The notes under the pieces were generated by a model, which saw only the letters and a program-made list of their open reading frames with translations, did not search any database and had not been told where the DNA came from. A DNA stretch of 64,000 bases, taken from positions 212,104,001 through 212,168,000 of the forward strand of contig NC_058368.1 in the NCBI RefSeq assembly GCF_018350175.1, given 5' to 3'. The DNA comes from Felis catus (taxonomy: Eukaryota). The translations under genes were made by a program, and so were the position numbers. Below, piece by piece: positions 37,278-51,508 of the stretch. Positions within the stretch are counted from its first letter, which is position 1. Every line of letters starts with the position of its first letter.

Positions 37278-38791
37278 AAAAAGCGTTTGTCGTATGCCTC
37301 CATATTACATAGCAGAGCAATGGGTACTAAATAAATGAATCATGAAAGCAGACATAAATTTCACCCACTTTGGAGTGGTTAGTTTGCATCTGTCACTGAT
37401 GTTGAGGCTGATCTGAGGGAATTAAGCTGAGTGTCAACACTATATACCTGGGTTATCAGCCTCCGTCTCCATCCTGGTGGTTTTCTTGCAGGCTCCTGTG
37501 CCATTATTTAAGCATAATGACTTAGCTGCTCACCCGAGTAGCTACTACCTTGATCAACACACTGATTTCCTTCCCTTATTAAACTCTAACCTACAGAGTT
37601 TTTATTTGTTTAGTTGATGGGCACCCCTAGTAGAGAGAAGTATACTTGGTTGTTCATGTCAACAGCTAGGTATGGAGCATTTATTCCAGGCCAGGCATTG
37701 AGCACTTCCCCCTCCCAGCCTTACCATTAGAAGTTACCATTGGATAAAGTAAATACACAGCAGAGTATTCAGCCCACACAGTGGGCGGTGTTAAGTGTCT
37801 TGGTAAGTGACCTTCAGGAGATGCACTAACTAGCCAATGACAGAAGAGTCATAGATTTAAACATTTGGAATAATCGTAGAAACTCCATCAAATCTTGTGG
37901 TTTTCGTACTCTGCTGCTTGGAATCCCAGGGTTTCCCAAAATGCTTGATTCTACTTTCATTTTTCAAAAAAAAAAATGTTAAACTGGCATTTAAAAGTGC
38001 CATAAAGAGCAATGCTTATGCTCAAAATTATTATACATTAAGTTTTAACATAGGAAAGGCCACAATGCTCTAAGTTACACAGTCAAATTGATTTGGCTTT
38101 CTGCACACCTTAAAATAAAAGTCTCTCATGAACATAATTTAATTGAAAAATATCCTGGGATTGTAGGTTGAGTTTCTTTAACCTGTTCTCATTTGCAATT
38201 GTTTGTCTGTATGAGTCAAGATTTTTCAATATTGTGCAACCAAAAAACTCACAGAAAATAATTAGATGCTGCAGCCACTGTAAGTCTGTAACTGCCATCC
38301 ATAAACTTCATTTCAAAATTTTCTGTTTATCTTAATAATTTCTTTAGATCCCACTGACTTATTTTTAAACGCTATGTACTTGAACGTACAAAATTTATGC
38401 TTAATAAAATCCTGACTTTATCTGTTTTATTTGCAAGATCTTGTTTGGAAAAAGAAAATTAATTCGTCTGCTTAAAAGATTTGAAAACTGCTAATCGAGA
38501 TCAACTTCCTTTCCAATATAGACATTCTCTTAACCAACACTCCTGACAAAAAAAAAAATTATCCAAATTCCGTTTGATCACTTTCATGTAGGCACCGGTA
38601 TGAAGAGCTGCCATGATCAACTGCATTTTCTGAGCCAGTATTTATATCAGCATGAGACTCTGTATTGTCTCACTTATCCCCTCCCCACCCTTACAGGTAA
38701 AGAAGCTTAGTCTCAGAGGACACAATGACTTATTTAAGGTTACAGGATTTTATATAATGGAGCTGGAATTGAAGCATAAGTCTAAGAAGCT

Positions 38792-38842
<51 letters not shown>

Positions 38843-38878
38843 GATAGATAGATAGATGATAGATGTTAGATAGATAGA
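38792..38878. repeat. (GATA)n tetranucleotide STR with GAT interruptions
   Basis: Direct reading. Confidence 0.95.
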
Positions 38879-39220
38879 CCTAAACTAATTTGTATAGATT
38901 TCCAGGGGCTTCATTGGCCTATGTTAATAGAAATGTGTTTATATTCTGCATCTTCTATTAGGAAATGACCAGAGCCTGATCTCGATGTCATCACTTTCCT
39001 GGAATCTCTCTCTCTTTTTAGGTCTTCATCTTTCTCAGACTACCTAATGTAGCCCAAATTCATTTAGGCTCATTTTTCAGTTGTTGCTTCTAGATATTTA
39101 AGCCTTATTAATGCTTGAAGCCAGTGAGGTTCCCAGCAAATGTGGAGGGTCTGACGTGAAGGTGAACCACATCTGCTCCTCATGGAATAGGATCCTTCAG
39201 GAATACCTTTCAGGAGTTGC

Positions 39221-39605
39221 TGCAGTTAGGATTCCCTCGGAAGCAGACTCTGAGACAGGAGTAGCGTACAGGAGGTTCAGCAGCTGTGGAAGAAGAGGGG
39301 GAAGAGGGAAGGAAGAGGGAGTGTGCAGGGGGAGCTGAGCTACAGTGCAGGCTCAGCAGAGGCCTTATCCTACCCCACAGGGTGCTCTGTGGCTGGAACA
39401 GGCTTTCTGGGTTTCCAGGTTGAAGTGGGAGAGCCAAACCTTTATGCCCCACGGGGACTGGTCCCTGCGTGTGGTCCACCCTGGGAAGGAGTGAGTCTCA
39501 TTGGTAAGGAAGCTCCCAGGGCTAGTGCTGGCAGTGCTCCCAGGAGCTGGAGGGATGAGTCCCAGCACCTGGGGGGCCTGGGTGGTGTGCACAGAGCTTA
39601 TTACA
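39221..39605 (-). mobile_element. Ancient ERVL solo LTR (LTR16/LTR33 class)
   Basis: GGATTCCCTCGGAAGCAGACTCTGAGACAGG terminus typical of this class. Confidence 0.6.
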
Positions 39606-40090
39606 GGAATACTTGGGATTTCGAGAGAAACAATCTTTAAAGAGAATATAAGTGTGGGGAGCAACTGGGAGATCGTTTAGCCAGAAGCCCCTGTTTTGAC
39701 TAGTTAGGGTTTCCTATGGCTTCAAGAGAGGAAATGATGGACTAATAAGGATGATGTTTGCAGACACCTCAAAGCCAATCACAACCCTCTTCACCCTCAC
39801 TTTCCTCTACAGTAGAAGAGGGAAAACGGAAAGACTCAGGAACCCATATGCCCAGGAAACCCAATCCAGACCAAAGAGATAAAGATGGAGTCCCCACTTG
39901 GGTAAGGCTTCTGGGAGGGCTTTTAATAGGCACTGACCCCGCTGGCCCTCACCCCCTTACCTTTCTGCCATGCACCCTTCCCCCTCCTGCTGTCTGGGGT
40001 ACAGCAAATCACACTGCAGCCAGAAAGCTGATGCCCCTGCTGAGATGGCTGAGCAGGAAGACTGGAAGGAGGAGAGATTTATACTCCTAC

Positions 40091-40800
40091 TGATGAAGTT
40101 TTGGGGTGACGGTGGGGTCCAGAGCCGGTGGCCAAGAAACAATTCTTGAAGACGTCTTTGGTGCAAAAAGGTGATTTTATTAAAGCACTGGGACAGGACC
40201 TGTGGGCAGGAAGAGCTGCACTGGGGTTGTGACGGGTAACTCATTATAGACCCTTAGGTTGGAAGGGGGTCAAGGATAGAGTAAGACTCTAAGGTATTTT
40301 GGAAGCAAGGTTTCCAGGACTTTGAGGGGCCAGTTGTTGCTAGGGAAACACCACTTATTACTGTTTAATAAAACCTCAGTCATGAGACCCTTCAGATGTA
40401 TATGGCGGGGGGGCGTGGCCTAAGCTTGGAGTATGATTGTCAGCATATATCTTGGAGCAGTTGAGATAAAGGAAGTAGACTTACAGGATCCTCGAGGTTG
40501 GGATAATGTTAAGCTAAGATTCTCTTTTGCCCCCAGCAAAGTGTCATCATCAAGGTAGCTGAGCTCCTAGAGGGAAGTCACTCTGCTGGTCTCAAAGACT
40601 TGTCAATGGGCTGTAGGCAGTAAGGAAATTTAATTTTTCATTTGTGTTAGTTTCCCACATCACCATGGCAAGCACTTAAACCCTTTCCCTTTGCTCTTGG
40701 GCAGCCAGGAGTGTCCAAGGAATATCACACATATTCCACCTGGGAAAGGGGGTGTGTGCCAGCCTGTATTTTGCCCTGAGCTTCCCAATCTCACTCATCA
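40091..40800 (-). mobile_element. Carnivore ERV solo LTR (CarLTR-like), long form, nested in an MLT1 remnant
   Basis: TGATGA...TCATCA inverted termini, CTAC/CTGC flanks, TTTATT near 40177; MLT1-like 3' end at 40801-40906. Confidence 0.85.
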
Positions 40801-41529
40801 CTGCCTCTGAATTTCCTGTCACGTGGGAGAAATAAACTCCTGTCTATTTAAGACAAGGAAGCAACATTTTTCTGCTATTTGCAATGAAACGAATTCCTAA
40901 CTGACAATGAGAACAGCTTATATTAAATTTATGTCAGTGTTTGCTCTGTGCCAGGCACTTCACTCAGTATGGTATGTGCATTTTCCTGATTTTATCTCCA
41001 TACGAAAATCCTGTGAGGAAATTTAAGATTTTGACCCAATTTTTACGGACATGCTAGTAGATGTAGAGAATTGATTTGCCCAAACTCAGACTATACAGTA
41101 GAGCCAGGAGGAGTTAGCCCAGGCCCGACTCCACAGCCTAAATATTAACCAGTAAAACAGAGACTGCGATTAGCCTGTATCCTTAACAACAATGCATTGG
41201 GTTTTGAATTTTACCAAGGATGATGTTTCTATTTTAAAAAACAGAGGATTTCATGGCCCAGGAATTCTGGTTGGGGGTAGATGAGCCCCCAAAATTATTT
41301 GCATTATGATGAATGCTAGGTTTGTTCAACTAATCTGTCTTGAATCTTTGAAAACCATTTTTTTCTCAACATTTAAGCATTATCACAAAATTACTATATT
41401 TCTCAAATAAATTAAATTGTAATTCCAAATGTAGTGTCACAATTCTTGAACATCATAATCAAAAGATAACATAACACAAAAATTTATAGTAAATAGAAAG
41501 TCTAAGATATCAGTGAAATAGGTTTAGTT

Positions 41530-41559
41530 ATTTTAATTTTTTAAAGTTTATTTATTTAT

Positions 41560-41606
<47 letters not shown>

Positions 41607-41770
41607 AACAACGGGGGAGGAGCAGAGAGAGGGAGAGAGAGAATCCCAAGCAGTCTCTACACTGTCAGTGTAGAGTCCAACGTGGGGCTCGAACTCACAA
41701 ACTGTGAGATTATGACCTGAGCCAAAACCAAGATCAGACATTCAACCAACTGAGCCACAGAGGCGCCCCC
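41530..41770 (-). mobile_element. Carnivore SINEC with expanded (GA)n
   Basis: Full body, TAGGTTTA flanks. Confidence 0.92.
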
Positions 41771-43715
41771 TAGGTTTAATTTATTTAAAAAAAATAGCTC
41801 TGTTCTTGGTTTTTATACCTCCATGGTTATTGTAGAATACATTAATTTTAATACCTTCTTATGTTTAATTAATATATATTTTGATATATTTAGGGATTGT
41901 AATATTACCCTATCAGAAGGTAAAAGACTATACAAGTTTAGACTAGCCAAAGTTACAGAGTCCTGGTAATTATTTGAGTTTCGGTTGAGCTTTTGGTCAG
42001 GACTTTTCATATATTTTTGTTATTTCCTCCAAGCTGATCTAAAAGCTCAGCTCAGCTGATTAAACTGAGTTTATGCCTTAAGTTAAATATTTCTTGTTAC
42101 AACAATAAAACATTTTAAGTTATGCCTTTTGCTTCAGGTTTGGTATTTCTTAAAATCTGGAAAGAAACAGCAGGTGTGTGTATAACATGCATCTTCTGCT
42201 GGTATAACACATTTCATAGTCTCATCAGACGTTACTTAGAAAACACAAGTTCAAATATAAAATTAAAAGCCTTAAGACAGCGACACAGATCATTCGACCA
42301 CGTGTGAAGCCCTGGCCAACTGAGTGGGGTTCATACCCATGGGGCCCTGCCTGCAAATGGACTTTAGAAACGGGACTTTTTTAAATGGTGAAACTCCAGT
42401 AGCAATCTACTTACGAACGTGAAATGCGTCAAAGTTTTCCTTGACCTAAGAAATATTTTTTATCCTTCGTACCAAGTTTTATCTTTCACTTCTAATGACC
42501 ACTCTTTAACATCATTATTCAAAAAGGTTGAGCCATCCTGTTTCACCAGAATTGAAAATGCAGCCTTTGATTCAATAAGTTCATTCAGCTACCTAAGCTT
42601 CCTTTGAGAGGATTAATCAGTGTAAGGGTGAGAGTTCACCAGTAAATGAGTCTGAGAGGTTTCACTTAGCTGAATTATAAATAGATTTGAAAGCTCTTGA
42701 AAGGTAGAGAAAAAAAAATCTATGATCCAGACAAAGGGATGTGTCAGGACAGATGAATAAACATGAGACCGTGAAAATACTCTGTGGATGTTACAGAATC
42801 ATTGAGGCTGATGTCTGGGACAGACTCCTGAGACTCATGATGACCATTGAGAACTAAGAGTGTCTTTTGCTACCCCTGTCTCCTTCTGCAGAGCCCTATC
42901 ATAGATCACCTAGTGGCATGCCCAGAGTGCCATGAAAAACAAAGGCCAGTGGAGAAGACAGGGAAGTGGGGTTCAGTCTTCTAAAATGCTGAAATAGCCT
43001 TGAACCTTCAATTCCCAAAGGCTGCTTTCAAGTACAGGGCTCTTTCAGGCCTTAGGCACCCCTATCGGTCATAGGTATGCAAGTTTGGGGAGTCGGGACA
43101 GGTGGGTCTGTAAGCTATTATTGTTGTTGCCCAAAGATTATTTATTAGATTATTCCTAAGACACCAGAGACCACTGTGCTTAGATTCAGGAGAAATTTGT
43201 GTTTCTTACATGAAGTATACGTCAGCTAGCCTGTCTAACCTTGAAGGACGTAGTAATCCCATACTGCACAAGCAAAGTGAAGTCTGGAAATGTGGGCCTC
43301 TCTCCATGGAGATGTGTTATTCTCACAGAAGAAAAGAGACCTTTCCAGTGTTGCTGTCTGAGAGCCAAGACATTATTTTTGAAAGGAACGTATGCTTCTT
43401 TAAAAAAAAATGCAAATGTGCATAATAGAATGAAATAAAAATAAATTCTCATCCCATCATGCTTAACTTACTCCTTAGAGGCAACCATTGTTAACAGCTG
43501 GTTTTAGTTTGCACACAAATGAAATCATACTTTGCCAATTCTGCAGCTTTTTTTATTCATTAGCAGAACGTCATGGCATTACAGCTTACCTCATTTCTCA
43601 TAGTACTGCACAGTGAGTCTGTGAATATACTAAACAACATTATGTAAATACAACTAAATTGATTTGTCCTTTTATTTCTGGATAAAACTTTCATTATTTC
43701 AGTGAATATCCTTGA

Positions 43716-43913
43716 CTTTTTTTTAAGTTTATTTGTTTATTTATTTAGAGAGAGCACAAGCAGGGGAGGGGCAGAGAGCGAGGGAGAGAGAATTCCAAGT
43801 AGGCTCTCTACTGTCAGTGTGGAGCCAGATGCAGGGATTGAACTCGTGAACTGCAACATCATGACTTGAGCCAAAGTCAGACGCTTGACCACCTGAGCCA
43901 CCCAGGCGCCCCC
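43716..43913 (-). mobile_element. Carnivore SINEC
   Basis: Full body, ATCCTT(G/A)ACTT flanks. Confidence 0.92.
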
Positions 43914-44769
43914 GCATCCTTAACTTCTATCACTAAGGTCAAGGTTCATTTTTATGACTGAGTTGATTATCTGTCAGGATTGCGATGATCTCTTTGCCAC
44001 TTGGTCCAAAATTTTCTCCCTAACAGTGTTGACCTTTATCATGTTTGTTAATTAGTAAACATGGGTTAAGAGCCTTTTCTAGGTATAATGTCCTGCTAGT
44101 ATTTACTAGGAAAGGTTAATGATAATAACTGCCACATTTAAATAACCACTCAATGCCAAATACCTCATTGGAGATTTTAATATTATTCTCTGCCAATCCC
44201 CTCTGTGCAGACTAGAGACCAAGAAGGACTTGGGCAAGATGTGAGAGTCAGGGCTGAGAACTGAATCCCTGTGGATCTAGCTGCTAGCTGGCCAGCAGTA
44301 GCTGGTCAATGCACAAATGACTGAAGTGCCCTTGAGGGTATGGCAGTTAGGTTGAGGAGCTTGTAAAATCCATAGTCTTGGAAGTGTAGAGCTGTGAGGA
44401 CCTCAGTAGTTATTGTATGAGTGGAACATCTTGGAACCAGGTCCACAGTGGCAGTAAAGGGAGATCATGGAGCCACTTACTGACCTAGCAGGATGTAGAA
44501 TTTTTTATGCTACAGCAACAAGACAGAAAGTGTTTAGAATATAGTGAAACAAAGTGTGAATTTAGTGCAGCATTGATTAGAAGTGGCATAACAGAATAAT
44601 CTAAGAAGAGGCTATTTCAGGAAAGATTTGTCTGTGTGGGAATGAGAGTTGAATCAGCATTACAAAATATGTGTCTTTTGGCTGCTATCATGGTAGATAG
44701 CAGAGTGTGGTGGGGCAGCTGCAAGGACCTTTAGAATTTATCGAGTTCATGATAAGGAGGTGAAAACAA

Positions 44770-44940
44770 CAATAATAACTGCCATTTGTTAAGCACTTAC
44801 TGTATATCAAGCACCATGCTGAGCACTTAACATACAATCTCCATCTTAACCCTCACAGTTACATTGCAAGGTAGATATTATTACCCCCATTTTTTTGGAT
44901 GAAGAAACAGAGTCACAGAAAGCTTAAGTAACTTTCTCAA
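44770..44940 (-). mobile_element. MIR SINE
   Basis: TTATTACCCCCATTTT...GATGAAGAAACAGAG core. Confidence 0.8.
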
Positions 44941-45199
44941 GGAAATATTGGACTTTCATGAGCTAAAACTTTTACATATACTCTCTGTAGAAATAAATGG
45001 CTCCAGAGTCTGATGATTCTCACTATATTTAAGCCCTGTGGGAAGATATTAAAATGGAGCCCCATTGGAATTCTACCAAGTTGGCACCTCAGATTTGATC
45101 TGTAAACAAATGCATTGCCTAATAACATGAAGAGTGGATTCTTTAGAGAGCTTATCAAAGACGTTTGTCTTTTGTTCAAGAAAATTCTGTGTCTGTAGG

Positions 45200-45420
45200 T
45201 TAGAGGCTAGTAAAGTGGGCTCTAAGCTAAACCACCAGGGTTAGCTCTGCCACTCAAGCTGTGAGGTCTTGGGAAACTTAATCTTTTTATGCCTCATCTA
45301 TGAAATGGTGACAATAACAGCATAGGGTGATTGTGATTGTTAAAATGAGGTAGATAACCACTATGAAGAACAACCAGATCTGGGAAATAGTGTGCAAGTG
45401 ATATATTGGCTATTATTTTA
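45200..45420 (+). mobile_element. MIR SINE
   Basis: GCTCTGCCACT...GCCTCATCTATGAAATGG...GATTGTTAAAATGAG. Confidence 0.7.
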
Positions 45421-47389
45421 TTAAGCAAAATTCCTCTTACCTCACTATATAAATAAGAGTAGTGAAAGGCCCTAGTAGTGTTTTCCCCTGGGGAAGGGGT
45501 CAAATAGCACAAGTCCAGGGAGAGTAAAATGAAGGCAAACATTGGAACTTTAGCGTTCTGGAATTCATTCAACATCTGCCACTGGATGGAGATGTACTTG
45601 CTAGGAGGACCCATTTATGCAACTCCTGGCAGTGAGTGCCTTCTTAAATTTTGTGCCGTAGGCCCCTCTCTGGTCCCAGGCCTTCCCTGCAGGCTGAAAC
45701 AGGTAACTCCTATAGGAAAGCTCCAGAACTCTTCAGGGCTGCTTTCTATTTTTGCTTTATGTGTCCGAGTACAAAATCTCAAATCCAAATTCTAAAGCTC
45801 AAATCAAAGTCTTATTTAAAAGTGTTTCCCTGCCTCCATCCTTCTACGTAACTTGTCAAGTACTTAATAGCCCTGTGTTTCATGAAATGATTCCCTCTAC
45901 TCAGCACACCTGGATGGATGTTTCTGTCTCTAGGAGGGCAGAGCTGTGCCCAGGAGGCTCCCTGTAAATACTGCTGGCTCAGTTCAGGCACTGACAGAGC
46001 TAATCACACTGCCAGGAATGAAGTTTACAATAATCCCATGTCTTACCTGGTCCCGGGAGTTTTCTGGCCCTTTTCCATTGGCACTTTGTGCTGTGATCTC
46101 TCCAACTCATTTGGACTTTGCTCATTTTCTCAGACCACCTATCCACTGCTCGTTGTATAAAATGAGTTAGTTGTTCTTTATCTACTTTTACCCTTTTCCT
46201 TTAAGTTTTAAACAGATGCTTTTGACCTCTGTCTAAAGTTTGCCCAGGGTTTCAGTGTTTGAGTTTCTGCTCTTAGTTATACTTTTATTTCTTTACCAAA
46301 TGGATGATTGCATCCTCAAGAAGCCATGCCTAGGGTTGAGCACTCTGGCTTTGCATTTGCCGCCCATCCAACATGGGTTGGGTCCATGGCCTGTGGGTGG
46401 TCTCATTGAGCTCTAAGCTGGTCTTACCATGAGGAAATTCAAGGATTTCCCCCAATAAACAGCTCCAAAAGGGGTTACCCCCTAGAAAGACCTTTCTGAA
46501 AAAGAAATTCTCAAGTTTTTCATTTGAAAAAAAAGAAACAAGATGTAATATTCAAAAGAAAATTACTATTTGAATTCTTCTTATACATGTATTACCTATT
46601 AAAAATCTTAAGGCAATTTATATTTGAAAAGTTATCTATCTTTCTGATAACTGTAGTTACCTGTGTATAGGTAAATATTTTATTAAGTAAATCTTTAGAA
46701 CCATTCCTGTGCTGGAAATCACCCTATCTGCATTCACAAGGGAGTAGAAAATTCAACCCTAGAATGCGTTCATTGTAGGACCCAGCATGATGAGATAGAC
46801 CATTATGGTAAACCATTATAGGCTTCAGCTTCAGCATAAAAAAAAAAAAAATCAGACTTTCTGTTTCTCTGTGTCTGTAAATCTGTGTCCAAGGACTTCT
46901 CGGATTTGAGGAGAGTAAAGAAAGAGATTTGTTGGGGGTGGGGTCATGATTGTGGCAGTGGTGTTAAGTATGGAGTTGGCCCACTAGGAGGGGACTCCCT
47001 CTTCCCTAGAGGTCCACTTACTTCGCAGCAAGTAGTGGGCAGGTGTCATGCTTGTCTGGAGTCATACAGCACTGGTTGCTAATATTTCTTTTCTAGGTTA
47101 ACCCCAGAAGCACTGCATCTTATTTTTACAAGCCCAGTTCAGTGTTGGATTGAAAAAGATCTCATCATTTGTAACGAAGGGTTACAATCTTCCCAATTTA
47201 ATTTGTTGTAAAACCCTTTAACTGGATAAAGAAAAAAGCCTACATTTCAGCATGCATCACAGAAAGGTGAAAGATGGGAATTTCCAGATGAACAACACTT
47301 AGGGGCATTGTATGTACAAAAGAATCCTGCAGGAAGGGTGCTGAGCTAAAAATGCTAACTTGCAAGGATTTGTTTCTTTTTCACTCCAG

Positions 47390-47523
47390 CACATCCTTGT
47401 GAGCTCTACTGCCGACCCATAGATGGCCAGTTTTCCGAGAAAATGCTGGATGCTGTCATTGATGGTACCCCTTGCTTTGAAGGCGGCAACAGCAGAAATG
47501 TCTGTATTAATGGCATATGTAAG
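47390..47523 (+). CDS. ADAMTS12: ADAMTS12 coding exon (probably exon 13): [45 protein letters not shown]
   Basis: CTCCAG acceptor, AAG|GTATTG donor, 134 nt, phase 1/0; Cys-rich domain CxLYC...VIDGTPC. Confidence 0.97.
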
Positions 47524-47857
47524 GTATTGGGTATGTTTCCTTCATCTACAACTTTATAAAATCATGATTTTTATTAACTTAGGAAGTCAGATGTTCTAAG
47601 CTTTTGCTTTCATGATAATTGCACGTGGTCTGGCTTTTATATATGGTCTATGAGATAAGACTTGTTCATCAGGGTCAATAATTTGAAATTGAAAACTTTC
47701 CCTCCTGCTGTGGTCTTTCTTACTTGACTTGTTGATGTGCTCTGTGATATTATTTTAGGCATAGAGTAAGGCCAAACCGAAGAAGAACCAAATTCAAGGA
47801 AGAATTATTAGGAAAGGCAACCCTGATTATTTGACTGGTATTAAATCATTCATTTGG

Positions 47858-48076
47858 TGGTGCTTGGGTGGCTTAGTCAGTTAAGCGGCTGACTTCGATC
47901 CAGGTCATGATCTCGAGGTTCATGGGTTTGAACCCCGCATCAGGCTCTGTGCTGACAGCTCAGAGCCTGGAGCCTGCTTCAGATTCTGTCTCCCTCTCTC
48001 TCTCCCCCTCCCCTGCTTGTACTCTCTCTCTCTCTCTCTCTCTCAGAAACAAACATCAAAAAAAATTTTTTTTTTA
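47858..48076 (+). mobile_element. Feliform SINEC
   Basis: Full body 335 bp downstream of an exon; AAT(C/T)ATTCATT flanks. Confidence 0.92.
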
Positions 48077-48494
48077 ATTATTCATTGGTTACTTGCCAGC
48101 AGAGTACTTAAACTTGAGAAAAAAGCTGAAATTAACAATGGTTTGTATAGCGTTTTGCACAAAGTGTTTTTACATTGATTGCCAACATGGTCTTCTCAGG
48201 AAGAGAAATGGCATGACAGGTAGTTTGAAGCCAAGTTTTCTGATTTCTGTTTAACTTTTCCACACTGACTCCATTTTCAACTCCACCTTTTTATAAATTA
48301 CTGAGATCTGATTCGTCAAGGCTTTTATCTGTGCAACCATTGAAGAATTCCTTTCCAGTGCTCGCGGTCTGGTTTGCAAAGAACTGATGAACAAGTTTTG
48401 TGATCCAACACCCAGGCATAAATCTCAGTTTAAGGAAAAGGTGTTTTTAATCAGTGAAAGAAAAGTTATAAAGTTCTAATTAACTGTTCGTAAA

Positions 48495-48705
48495 GCATAG
48501 CGCTTAGTTCTCAGGCTCTAGAATATGAACTTAATACCATTGTTTACCGGCTATATAACTCTATACATTTTGCTGAGACTCAGTTTCTTTTTCTTAAAAT
48601 TGGGATGTTAATGTATCCTCCTCGTTGGTGTCAAGAAGAATAAAGACATATATTTTAAGCCCCTAACAGAGCCCCTGACACACAATAAACTCTTAATGCA
48701 TTTTA
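48495..48705 (+). mobile_element. MIR SINE
   Basis: CTCAGTTTCTTTTTCTTAAAATTGGGATG core. Confidence 0.65.
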
Positions 48706-49089
48706 TTTGTTTTTGCCAATGTTTATCATAATTTTTTTCCCCACTGGACTGAGTTGCTGCCATGGAAAGCCCTTGCCCATGAATGTTCAGGACCCTGGGA
48801 AGATACATTTATTACCTTCAAGTTGCCTATTGACTTATTCCAGTAGGGACCAAAGCATAAGAGGCAACATGATGATTCCCAGGAATGAATGAGCTGAAAG
48901 GAAGTCACAGTCATACTCTACATTAGAAGGAGCTCACGTGAAATTCTTCTCCACACTCATTAGGAATTATTACTGTTGCTACAAAGAGCCAAAAGTAATC
49001 AGTATGTATTTGGGTTAGATCTATTCTCCACGGTGGGGAAAGGTTTGTCTAGCTAATTCGGGCCAAAACAGCCCCATCACAGTCCAAAG

Positions 49090-49265
49090 CAGTGGTTCTC
49101 AGGCTTGGCTGCCTATTAGAATCATCTGAAGACCCTTTAAAAACTAGTGATGTCTGGACTCTATCTCAAACCTACTGATTCAGAACCTCTGGGATTCAGG
49201 GCCTGGGCATTGACATTTTAAAAACTTCCCAGGTAATTGCCACGTGGAGCTAGGGCTGAGAACTT
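49090..49265. mobile_element. MER5A hAT DNA transposon
   Basis: CAGTGGTTCTCA...GATTCAGAACCTCTGGG...GCTGAGAAC terminal inverted structure. Confidence 0.85.
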
Positions 49266-49911
49266 TAATCACCAAGAATGAATGTTATACTAAAATTATC
49301 TGTTAGACCTAAACATGTTTGCAAGCAGAGAGACAATATCTTTAGCACAGCATGGGAAACACAGGTGTTTTGAACAAAACATAAGGGGTCTTGGGTGCCT
49401 CTCTTGACACCAGTTAAATCAACTTAATAGAATAAGCTGGAGTCTCTCAGCTTGACTTACTCTTTTTGGAAATCAGGGTTTTTTAGAAGCTATAATTACC
49501 CACTTTCTCTCTTTACCACACTGAACAAGTTTTTAAGCTGGAAGATTATGTCAAATCAAATTTACCTTAATAGCCTGAAAACAATTTACCTTCCAAGGAT
49601 CCAGGTTGTGGTTATTTTCAGCTCTGTTAGTCTTCTTATTTAATTAGTACACTTTTTTCAAAGGGAATTGAACATACATTGAAATAAAAAGATACACCAT
49701 CAGAAAAAAATATATGCAGGGTCTAATAATCTATCTTCTTTGTGAATATGAAAGTGTTTGCTTATATTCATATATTCGGCTGTCTATTTTGCAGTTATAA
49801 TATTTGCCAGCATTTTGGCCTGTTAGATTTTCAGATTCTCTTGTTAAGGGAATTAGTCTTGATCAGGACTGAGTTTGTTCTAGGAGTAACTATCTATGCC
49901 TCTTCCCCATT

Positions 49912-50119
49912 GTTTTTAAAGTTTTTATTAATTTGTTTTGAGAGAGAGATTGAGAGCATGAGCGGGGAAGGAGCAGAGAAAGGGAGACAGAATCCCAAGC
50001 AGGCTCCGTGCCATCAGCACAGAGCCTGAACCGGGGCTCAATCCCATGAACTGTGAGCTTGTGACCTGAGCCAAAATCAAGAGTGGCACTCTTAACCAAC
50101 TGAACCACCTGGGCACCCC
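49912..50119 (-). mobile_element. Carnivore SINEC
   Basis: Full body, CTTCCCCATT flanks. Confidence 0.92.
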
Positions 50120-50572
50120 AGCCCCTTCCCCATTTTTAAAAAGCTTACAGTAAACTTTTCAACTTGTTTATCAAAGATATGAATTTAAACTTAGACCTTT
50201 CAGAGTATCTCCCGTCTTTAATCACAGGCATGACAGGGAATAAGCTTTTAAACATAGGGGCAGATGGTCCCATGCTTGCCCCCAGCTTGCCTGGCTGTGC
50301 AGCTTCACCTACTATCTTAGGGCAGTCTGCTGGTCTTCAGTTCTCACCCGTTTCTCCTGGGAACCAGTTCTTGAACTTCAGTTTCTTCTCTCTCCTCTCT
50401 CCCAGTCAGTATAGCTCTGGGTTAACTTCCTTCCTAAGCAGCCCAGGTCTCCTGATCTATCACATCAGAAGTCCTGAGACTTCTCCTCTTAGTTTTTCAT
50501 CACCTTTCACCCTGGACCTTGGATCTGTTCAACCCTGCTTTGCTTTTATGATCAGACTACTGCACACTTCTT

Positions 50573-50748
50573 TTTGTTAAGTTTATTTATTTATTTTGAG
50601 AGAGAGAGGGAGAGAACGTGGCAGGGGGTCAGAGAGAGAAGGAAAGAAGATCCCAAGTGTGGAGCCCTCAAATTCATGAACCACGAGATCATGATCTGAC
50701 TTGAAATCAAGAGTCGGACATTTAACCAACTGAACCACCCAAGGGCCC
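50573..50748 (-). mobile_element. Carnivore SINEC with internal deletions
   Basis: 21-bp TSD TCAGACTACTGCACACTTCTT at 50552-50572 and 50749-50769. Confidence 0.92.
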
Positions 50749-51508
50749 TCAGACTACTGCACACTTCTTAAAATAAACATTCAACTTTGTGACTTTGTGC
50801 CTTAAAGTCAGTGGTCTTCAATCCCAACCGAGTCTTCCACCTTACCTGGCAGTCTTTCTACCTGTCCTCAGTGATCTCCCTCTCTCATTTCTCTCAGTAA
50901 CTGTCCTGAACTTTCTTTGCTCTCTCTTAAGGCCATTTTGCCCATTTCAGCGATTTGCTGAACATCCCCATATCAGTTTCTCCGGGCCAGATCTCCCTCC
51001 AGAATGCCAGATCCTAACCCTCAAAAATTATGATGAGGACAGCATTATTGCTACTGTCCCTTTTATCAAATGACGGTATCGTTTACCTGTTCTTTTCAAT
51101 TAAGCCTAAATCTGCCCTGTCGTTACACTTAAAGTTTCACAGGCTGGGAATGAGTCTCATCTTAGAACCAGACATACTTTCAATCTCTACCTTTGCCACA
51201 GGGCTGTAGAAAGCAGTGATGACATTCCAGGTGGATTAGGTAATTGAAATTGGTATTTCAGTTCTCAATCACTTGAGAAATTTACAAAGTAAAACAGTGT
51301 TAACCAGAAGCAAAATATGAGAATTGCTAAGAATACATATTATTTATTCCCTAATAGGGCTGGAGGTGTGGGTGAAAGACTGGAACCTGATTTCTCTAAA
51401 TAACATTCAAGATAGTATGCTCCTCAGCCCAAATGATGGGGTTAAGAATTGATGATATGCTTCTGCACAGAAAGGACGTAAGAATCAGAATAAAAAAGGC
51501 AACCTATA

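Noticed and set aside
37895..38490. Possible hAT-Charlie DNA transposon remnant
   Set aside because: Only vague terminal similarity; cannot be supported without RepeatMasker.
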